Shown: positions 57,382 to 64,000 of the stretch, piece after piece
Numbering within the stretch: position 1 is the stretch's first letter
How the letters are laid out: every line of letters begins with the position of its first letter
Virus record (IMG/VR): IMGVR_UViG_3300031957_002643
Location: 248,001-312,000 of that record
Reading direction: 5' to 3' (one strand)
DNA length: 64,000 nt
The notes under the pieces: generated by a model
Seen by the model: only the letters and a program-made list of their open reading frames with translations
The model's database searches: none
What the model was told of the DNA's origin: nothing
Position numbers and translations under genes: made by a program

Positions 57382-60300
57382 ATGCATCGTATTGATAGTG
57401 AAGGAAACGTCAATAATAGGTTCAGTGAAGGCAATCCGTCTCTTGGTATTGAAGGTACTAAGGTAACTGCTGATTGGCTCAATGATGTTCAAGAAAATAT
57501 TGCGTATACCATTGAAGCTGCTGGTTTAACTCTGGAAAAGGGCAACAGTGCCCTTTTGGCTAATGCTATTCTTACACTGGTCGGTGAAGGTGGTTCGTTC
57601 TCCAATCTGACTACCAGAATTAGAGAACTGAATGATTTCTATCTTTATGGTGCCCGTAATGTGTTCCGTCAGGATGATGAACCTGATGAAGCAACTCAAG
57701 GTCCATTCTTCGATAATGACATTTGGATTGAAACCGATCAAAATCCAGAAAAGGTATGGCTCTGGAATTCACTAACTGAGACATGGGTTGATACGACAGA
57801 AGAAGCAGCAGCCCGTGGCATTCTTGCAAAACAAAAACAACAAGCAATTGCTGATGGTCTAGTACAAATTTTCATTCAAACCGATACGCCTTCAGGCGCA
57901 TCCGAAGGTGACATCTGGTACAATAAACGAGATGATCTTCTCTTCGTTTATGAGAATAATATTTGGAACCGCGTATACGACGAGGTTGCCAAACGAAACA
58001 TTGTTGAATCTGTCATCAACTTTGCTGTCGATAGTGCACAAGGAACAGCAGATTCGAAAATTCTAACCTACTATCAAGATGATGCACCAACTGGCTTGAC
58101 GGCATTGAATGATGGTGACATTTGGTTTGATACGGATAATAACAACAAGCCGCATCGATATACTCATCCTAATTGGGTTGAAGTTCGTGATGGGCGCATT
58201 GAAGACGCAATCGATTACGTCATTCTACAGGGTGCCATCGCAGATGGCACTATTTTCGTTTACTTCTCTGAAGATGAACCTGATGCAATCAATCAGGCAG
58301 CATTAACACCACCAAATCCTGCACCATCTGAAGGTGATGTCTGGATCGATATCACAGATGAAGGTGGCTCTCCTCGCAATGATCCCTATCTCTTTAGTAG
58401 TGGGTCTTGGGTATTACAGAATGATCCAGAGTTCCGATCATTATTGCTCAGTTTTGCAACAGCCAGATCAATTCAGGATGGTGCGGTAACAATTTATTTC
58501 AGTCCGACCGAACCAGATGATACCTATATTCCGCCACCGCGTTATGGTGATATTTGGTTTGATACTGATGATGTGACCATTGATGATCCTGATGCTGCAA
58601 ATCCTTCTACTGATCCTCAGATCACAGTTCCAAAATGGGAGCAGTATCGTTATGACGGTACAAATTGGGTTCTCATTGAAGATTTCAAACTGAAAATTGT
58701 CGAAGCCAATTTGAAAATTGAAGAATTGGCAAGAGCTAGTGCTGATACTGCATTGTCCGGCCAGATCACAACGGCAACCACTCGTATTGGTGAAAATGAA
58801 GCGACCATTCAGCAATCTCTATTATCGATTAATGGTATTGCCGGTGCATATGGGGTTCGAACCAATGTCAATAATGAAATTGTTGGTTTCGGTTTCCTCA
58901 CTGATTATGAAAGAGAAATTGAATTCACCAAAACTGGATCGTTAGATTTCAATCCGGGTGATGAAGTTTTTATTGGTGCTGATTGGGCAACAAAAACGTA
59001 TTCCGCAGTCATCGTCACGGTAGACAATGTGAATGGCACCATGCGTGTCATCTCGGAAAGTGGAACGTTTGCTACTGGTGTAACAATCACGTCTCGATTG
59101 CGCTTGGACGCTAATGCTACTATCGACGCAGGAACCGTAAATCCGACACCGGGCACGTCAGAATTTGAAATCATCGTTGACAAATTCAAAGTCACCGATG
59201 GAACCACTTCTTCGACTCCATTCACTATTAGTGGGGGCGTTGTTTATGTCGGTGCTCTCGATACAAGCACCCCACAGGTTCAATTCATTGGTGATTTTGC
59301 TAATGAGCCAGATACCACATATGCAATCAATAGCATTTATAAGAACACGACAAACGGTAACACCTATATTCTTGAATATATTTCTGGTTCAAGTGGTCCA
59401 AAACAATGGGTGATCTTCCTAGAGAGAGGTGCTAACGCTAGAACGCTTGTTCTTTCATCCGACTCTCCGGGCTATCTATTTGACTCTAATGCTGTAAGCA
59501 CGCCATCAAACGCAAGCATCACATTCCGGGTTCAATATCAGGGCCAGTCGAGTGCAATTGGTTCTGGTGACATTACTGTTTATGATAAAGATGATGTCGC
59601 TTTAAGTCCTACGCTCTCAAATACAAATTCAGTAGATAGTACAGTCAATGACTCTGGCGGAACAACGCATTCCGGTTATTATGAATTTGATCTTGCATAC
59701 TCTGAATTCAGTAGTTCCGATTTTCCTCTTACCGTTGAAGTGGACGATGGAACTCTTACTGACACATTAGGTATTGTTCGTATCGTTGGTTCAACAGCAA
59801 AAACACTATCTATTAATCCAGACTCATTTGTGTTCTTGTTCGAAGATGACGTTGCAACCGATCCACAAAACTCATCGATCCATTTCCGCATTCAACACCA
59901 GAGCTTATCAACAGCACCAACAACTTCTGAGTTGACCATTGAAGATGCTGATAGCACCACGTATTCATCAACAAACTTCACATCTGCTGGATCAGGATCA
60001 GGCGTAACTAGCTTTGAGCTTCTATGGTCCACAGTATCAGCAGCAACGTTCCCAATCACGGTTACTGTTACGGATGAGGGAATCACTGATGTTGTTGTTA
60101 TCCGTCAGCTTATTGGTGGACTAGATGCTATTTCGGGCTTCCTGACAAATGAATCACATTTGGTTCCAGCGGACGAATTAGGCAATATCGAATCTGGTGG
60201 ATTGGATGGTGCAATTGGTACATTCGATGTGTATCAGGGCATCAGTAAAAAGAATACCGATGTCACTTATAGCGTAGCGTCATCAACCGGCTGTACCGCA

Positions 60301-63300
60301 ACAATTTCAGATGCAGCAGATGGAACTGCTGGTGATTATTCAATCACTGCGATGAGTGCCAATAAGGCAACCGCTGTTTTCCAAGCAGTCATCGATTCAG
60401 TTACCATCACAAAAACGATGAGTTTGACCAAATCTTTAGCAGGGGTTTCTGCTAAAGGTATTGCTCTATTTGCCACTGCACAAACGTTTGAGTTTGATGG
60501 CGATGATCAACCAAAAGATGCCGGTGCCAGTATCACATTGACCACAGTGCGAACAGGGCTTTCGGGCATCACGTGGTCTGCTGTTGATGAAAATGATGAT
60601 CCGGTTTCTCTTTCGGGAACCGGTGATGACACTCGAACGTTATCTATTGGTAACTTCGGATCATCTCAATACGTCACTGTGACCGTTACTAAAGTTGATG
60701 GTGGTGACACTTATACGGATAAAATTCGTGTCGTGCGATTGGTCGAAGGTAGTAGCTCTGTCCAAGTAGTTCTGTCCAACGAAGCACATACTTTCTTCGC
60801 AGACGAAAATGGTGACATCTCTTCTGGTGATTTTGATTCTGGCAATTGCACAATTTCAGTATATCGCGGAACTGCACAAATTTCATACAATGCATCTCCA
60901 ACAAACAACACGTTTAGATTCGGAACAATCACTGCTTCGGCAGGTGTCACACAAGATGGAACTGAAGTTGCACCAGAAGTAGGCATTTCTGCAATGACCA
61001 ACTTGTTTGGTTATCTGGATGTTCCGGTCATTTATCGCGACAATGCTGGAACAGATACGACTTATACCCGTAGAATTTCATATGTGAAATCGAGAGAAGG
61101 CGAAAAAAGTAGATCACTTCAACTTTACGGCAGTGATCAAGTATTCAGATTTGATGGCGATGATGATCCAATCGATGCGGGCCAAACTATCACGGTTACC
61201 GCGTTCAAGCAAAATCTTGGAACTCTAACGTTTGCTGCTGAAGATGATAGTGCAGTAGATGTTACCGCAGATTTGACCGGATCGGGCGACAGTAGAACCC
61301 TATCAATTACTGACTTTGGTGATGCTGAATTCGTTCGGGTGACTGCTTCTGCGGATTACACCGTCAACGGAAGCACCGAAACCGTAACAGATACTTTCAC
61401 GATTTATAGAATTCGTGGTGCAAAAGCAGCGGTGTCTGTAATTCTTACCAACGAATCTCATACCTTCTTTGCAGGACCAGATGGAAATATTGACAATGCA
61501 TTGTTTGATGCAGGCAATTGTACTATTCGTGTTTTCCGTGGAGCAGAAGAAATTTCTTACAATGGAACTCCAACCAATAATACATTCCGTTTCGGAACAA
61601 TTGTCGCTTCTTCTGGTTTAACTCTTGACGGAACGGAAATAGCCCCAACTGTTGGTCTCACTGCTATGGAAGAAGATAGTGGAACTTTGACGGTTCCGGT
61701 TATCTATCGCGATCCAAACGGAAATGATGAGACCTATAATCGTGTGATTTCATATTCGAAGGCAAAGGTTGGTGCACAGGCCCGTGGTCTGAGTATGAAT
61801 GCCACTTCTCAAGTATTCAGATTTGATGGCGAAGGCGTAGCCATCAATGGTGCTGACACGATCACCTTTACAACACTCAGAACACTCTTGGGAACAGCAC
61901 CTACGTGGGCGGCTATTGATGATCAAGGCGGCAATATCGCCCTTACCACGGTTGACGATGACACACGTAGATTGACGATTACCAACTTCGGAACGTCCCA
62001 ATGGGTCCGCGTATCAGCCGAAGTCACGACGAGCATTGATGGTAACCCTGTCACCTATAGAGATTACATTACCGTTGTTAGATTGCAGCGTGGACAGGAT
62101 GCAATTACTGCTATTATCGAAAATGAAACACACGTCTTCCCTGCTGATGAGGATGGTGTTGTTTCTGATTATTCTACAGGCGATACGCTTGTTCGGGTAT
62201 TTCTTGGCGATACCGAAGTTTCATATGGTGTCAACAATGAACAATTCCGTTTTGGTACGATTACGCCAACAAATGTTCAGGATGCAGAGCTAACCCCGCC
62301 TGAAGTTGGTATTTCGAATATGACGGCTGATACTGGTCGTTTGAGATTACCAATCATCTATAAAGATGCATCTGGTAATGATACGACTGTATACAAAGAA
62401 ATCACTTATACTAAATCTCGTGCGGGGGTTGCAGCTAGAAATCTAAGATTGTTCCCATCTGCATTCGTTTTCGAATTTGATTCTGATGACAATGCCATCA
62501 ACAATTCTGACGAAATCACCTTCACTGCCATTGCCACGAATGTTACTGGACTTTCATTTAGTGCAGTTGATCAAACCGACACACCAGTTAATCTCTCTGT
62601 GGTTTCAAATGTTGCGACATTGGCGATTACGGATTTCGATGATGCGGAAAATGTAACAGTAACAGTAACCGGTACTTCAACAGTCAACGGAAGCACTGTT
62701 AATTTTAGTGATAGTGCTACGATTGTGAGATTGCGAGAAGGCGGTGGTGGTGCCAGTGTCGTTCTCACGAATGAGTCTCACACTTTCTATGCTGATGAGG
62801 AAAATGAAGTTCTACCTTCTGAGTATGCTGGTGGTAATTCGGTTATCAAGGTCTACGTTGGAACTTCAGAAATCAGTTATAATGCAACTCCAACGAACGG
62901 AACATGGCGTTTGGGGAGTATAACGGAAACCAATGTCACTAGGAACGGTGGATTGAGTCTTCCGACTATTGGTATTTCCGATTTCGAAAAGGCATCGAAC
63001 ACAGGATCACTTGCGATCAATGTCATTTATCGTGACAATAATGGCAATGACAGAACGATCCCACGCCTGTTGACATATTCCAAATCAAAAGCTGGTACCG
63101 ATGCTAGATCACTTAGGTTGATCGCAACTTCCCAGCTATTCAACTTCGACACAGCCGGACAGCCAATCGACAGTGGTGATGAAATCACATTCAATGCCGT
63201 TCGTCAGTTCATTGATGGATCAGCGGTTTGGTCTGCTGTTGATGATCAGGGTGGAAACCCTTCTCTTACTCCGGGTGCGAACGGTGATGAGAAAGTATTA

Positions 63301-64000
63301 ACTATTGGTGATTTTGGTACGGCTGAAAGTGTCGTTGTTTCCGTATCAGCAACGGATAGTTACACAGGTGAAACTCTCTCGGATCAAATCACGATCTATA
63401 GACTCAACCAAGGTGCTGAAGGTCGAGATGGTATAACTGTAATTGTATCGAATGAGACACACACCTTTATTGCAGACGAAGCAGGATTGGTAGACGATTA
63501 TAGTACCGGAAATACCACTATCAGTGTTTATAATGCATCAACACAGGTGAACTATTCAGCAACGAAAGTTGATAACTCCTTCCGTTTTGGAACTATTGTC
63601 GCAAACAATGTAACCAGAAACAATCTATTGAGTGAGCCAATTCTTGGTATCTCTACGATGTCTGATGAATTTGGAAGCTTGACGGTTCCAGTAATTTACA
63701 CCAATGCTCAAGGCGAAGACACCACTTTCACAAAGGTGATTTCTTACACCAGAGCAAGAGCAGGTGTAAACGTTAGAAACATCAGATTACGAGCAGATTC
63801 ATTAACATTTGAATTCGATCAGTTTGGTGATCCTATCGACAGTAATCAGGTCATCACATTTACATCATTGGGAACAAATCTGCCTGATCCTACATGGACA
63901 ATCACTAGTGATGGAAGTGCGGTCTTTACGTCCTCGCCGGATGCTGACACCAGAACAATTGATATCGATGATTTTGGAACATCTACAGAAGCAACCGTTA
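57382..64000 (+). CDS. Very large tail fibre/host-specificity protein (>2200 aa, runs off the window end)
   Basis: MHRIDSEG..FSEGNP..ADWLNDVQE tail-fibre N-terminus; reading frame spot-checked as open to 64000; GDIWFDTD repeats; six ~215-225-aa (T/S/E)NE(S/A/T)H repeats. Confidence 0.85.
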   Translation, partial: MHRIDSEGNVNNRFSEGNPSLGIEGTKVTADWLNDVQENIAYTIEAAGLTLEKGNSALLANAILTLVGEGGSFSNLTTRIRELNDFYLYGARNVFRQDDEPDEATQGPFFDNDIWIETDQNPEKVWLWNSLTETWVDTTEEAAARGILAKQKQQAIADGLVQIFIQTDTPSGASEGDIWYNKRDDLLFVYENNIWNRVYDEVAKRNIVESVINFAVDSAQGTADSKILTYYQDDAPTGLTALNDGDIWFDTDNNNKPHRYTHPNWVEVRDGRIEDAIDYVILQGAIADGTIFVYFSEDEPDAINQAALTPPNPAPSEGDVWIDITDEGGSPRNDPYLFSSGSWVLQNDPEFRSLLLSFATARSIQDGAVTIYFSPTEPDDTYIPPPRYGDIWFDTDDVTIDDPDAANPSTDPQITVPKWEQYRYDGTNWVLIEDFKLKIVEANLKIEELARASADTALSGQITTATTRIGENEATIQQSLLSINGIAGAYGVRTNVNNEIVGFGFLTDYEREIEFTKTGSLDFNPGDEVFIGADWATKTYSAVIVTVDNVNGTMRVISESGTFATGVTITSRLRLDANATIDAGTVNPTPGTSEFEIIVDKFKVTDGTTSSTPFTISGGVVYVGALDTSTPQVQFIGDFANEPDTTYAINSIYKNTTNGNTYILEYISGSSGPKQWVIFLERGANARTLVLSSDSPGYLFDSNAVSTPSNASITFRVQYQGQSSAIGSGDITVYDKDDVALSPTLSNTNSVDSTVNDSGGTTHSGYYEFDLAYSEFSSSDFPLTVEVDDGTLTDTLGIVRIVGSTAKTLSINPDSFVFLFEDDVATDPQNSSIHFRIQHQSLSTAPTTSELTIEDADSTTYSSTNFTSAGSGSGVTSFELLWSTVSAATFPITVTVTDEGITDVVVIRQLIGGLDAISGFLTNESHLVPADELGNIESGGLDGAIGTFDVYQGISKKNTDVTYSVASSTGCTATISDAADGTAGDYSITAMSANKATAVFQAVIDSVTITKTMSLTKSLAGVSAKGIALFATAQTFEFDGDDQPKDAGASITLTTVRTGLSGITWSAVDENDDPVSLSGTGDDTRTLSIGNFGSSQYVTVTVTKVDGGDTYTDKIRVVRLVEGSSSVQVVLSNEAHTFFADENGDISSGDFDSGNCTISVYRGTAQISYNASPTNNTFRFGTITASAGVTQDGTEVAPEVGISAMTNLFGYLDVPVIYRDNAGTDTTYTRRISYVKSREGEKSRSLQLYGSDQVFRFDGDDDPIDAGQTITVTAFKQNLGTLTFAAEDDSAVDVTADLTGSGDSRTLSITDFGDAEFVRVTASADYTVNGSTETVTDTFTIYRIRGAKAAVSVILTNESHTFFAGPDGNIDNALFDAGNCTIRVFRGAEEISYNGTPTNNTFRFGTIVASSGLTLDGTEIAPTVGLTAMEEDSGTLTVPVIYRDPNGNDETYNRVISYSKAKVGAQARGLSMNATSQVFRFDGEGVAINGADTITFTTLRTLLGTAPTWAAIDDQGGNIALTTVDDDTRRLTITNFGTSQWVRVSAEVTTSIDGNPVTYRDYITVVRLQRGQDAITAIIENETHVFPADEDGVVSDYSTGDTLVRVFLGDTEVSYGVNNEQFRFGTITPTNVQDAELTPPEVGISNMTADTGRLRLPIIYKDASGNDTTVYKEITYTKSRAGVAARNLRLFPSAFVFEFDSDDNAINNSDEITFTAIATNVTGLSFSAVDQTDTPVNLSVVSNVATLAITDFDDAENVTVTVTGTSTVNGSTVNFSDSATIVRLREGGGGASVVLTNESHTFYADEENEVLPSEYAGGNSVIKVYVGTSEISYNATPTNGTWRLGSITETNVTRNGGLSLPTIGISDFEKASNTGSLAINVIYRDNNGNDRTIPRLLTYSKSKAGTDARSLRLIATSQLFNFDTAGQPIDSGDEITFNAVRQFIDGSAVWSAVDDQGGNPSLTPGANGDEKVLTIGDFGTAESVVVSVSATDSYTGETLSDQITIYRLNQGAEGRDGITVIVSNETHTFIADEAGLVDDYSTGNTTISVYNASTQVNYSATKVDNSFRFGTIVANNVTRNNLLSEPILGISTMSDEFGSLTVPVIYTNAQGEDTTFTKVISYTRARAGVNVRNIRLRADSLTFEFDQFGDPIDSNQVITFTSLGTNLPDPTWTITSDGSAVFTSSPDADTRTIDIDDFGTSTEATV

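Noticed and set aside
1-64000. Genome-wide TAG reassignment (code 15)
   Set aside because: Long genes are intact in code 11, TAG ends plausible genes at 10940, 21206 and 38340, and only one in-frame TAG case was seen.

Overview
A 64-kb segment of a large T4-like (jumbo) myophage genome. It carries rIIA/rIIB, a PAAR protein, tail-fibre genes, TAAATA late-type promoters and TTGAC-N15/17-TATAAG early promoters. The host is probably an alphaproteobacterium (inferred from the initiator tRNA body, the boxA variant and -10 elements lacking T-7). The window is very rich in RNA biology: 17 dispersed tRNA genes (including an amber-anticodon tRNA, two allo-tRNA-like Ser tRNAs and Ile-UAU), a CCA-adding enzyme, three PTH2 peptidyl-tRNA hydrolases, a Ro60 gene with four Y-like RNAs, two orphan YafQ/RelE-like proteins, a (p)ppGpp-hydrolase-like HD protein and an NAD salvage pair (NadM-Nudix + NAMPT). 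The most striking unexplained feature is a ~3.04-kb densely helical region without credible ORFs (48949-51989). It is laid out like a ribosomal RNA precursor: two tandem sigma70 promoters, a GAAA hairpin followed by the boxA TGCTCTTTGACA, and a 21-bp helix pairing its two ends (48928-48948 with 51990-52010). It has no recognisable rRNA sequence. A ~340-nt structured RNA sharing a motif with it and a small basic-protein ORF lie just upstream. Second, one PTH2 gene has an in-frame TAG at codon 3, about 340 nt downstream of the amber tRNA. All structural calls were made by eye; none was computed.
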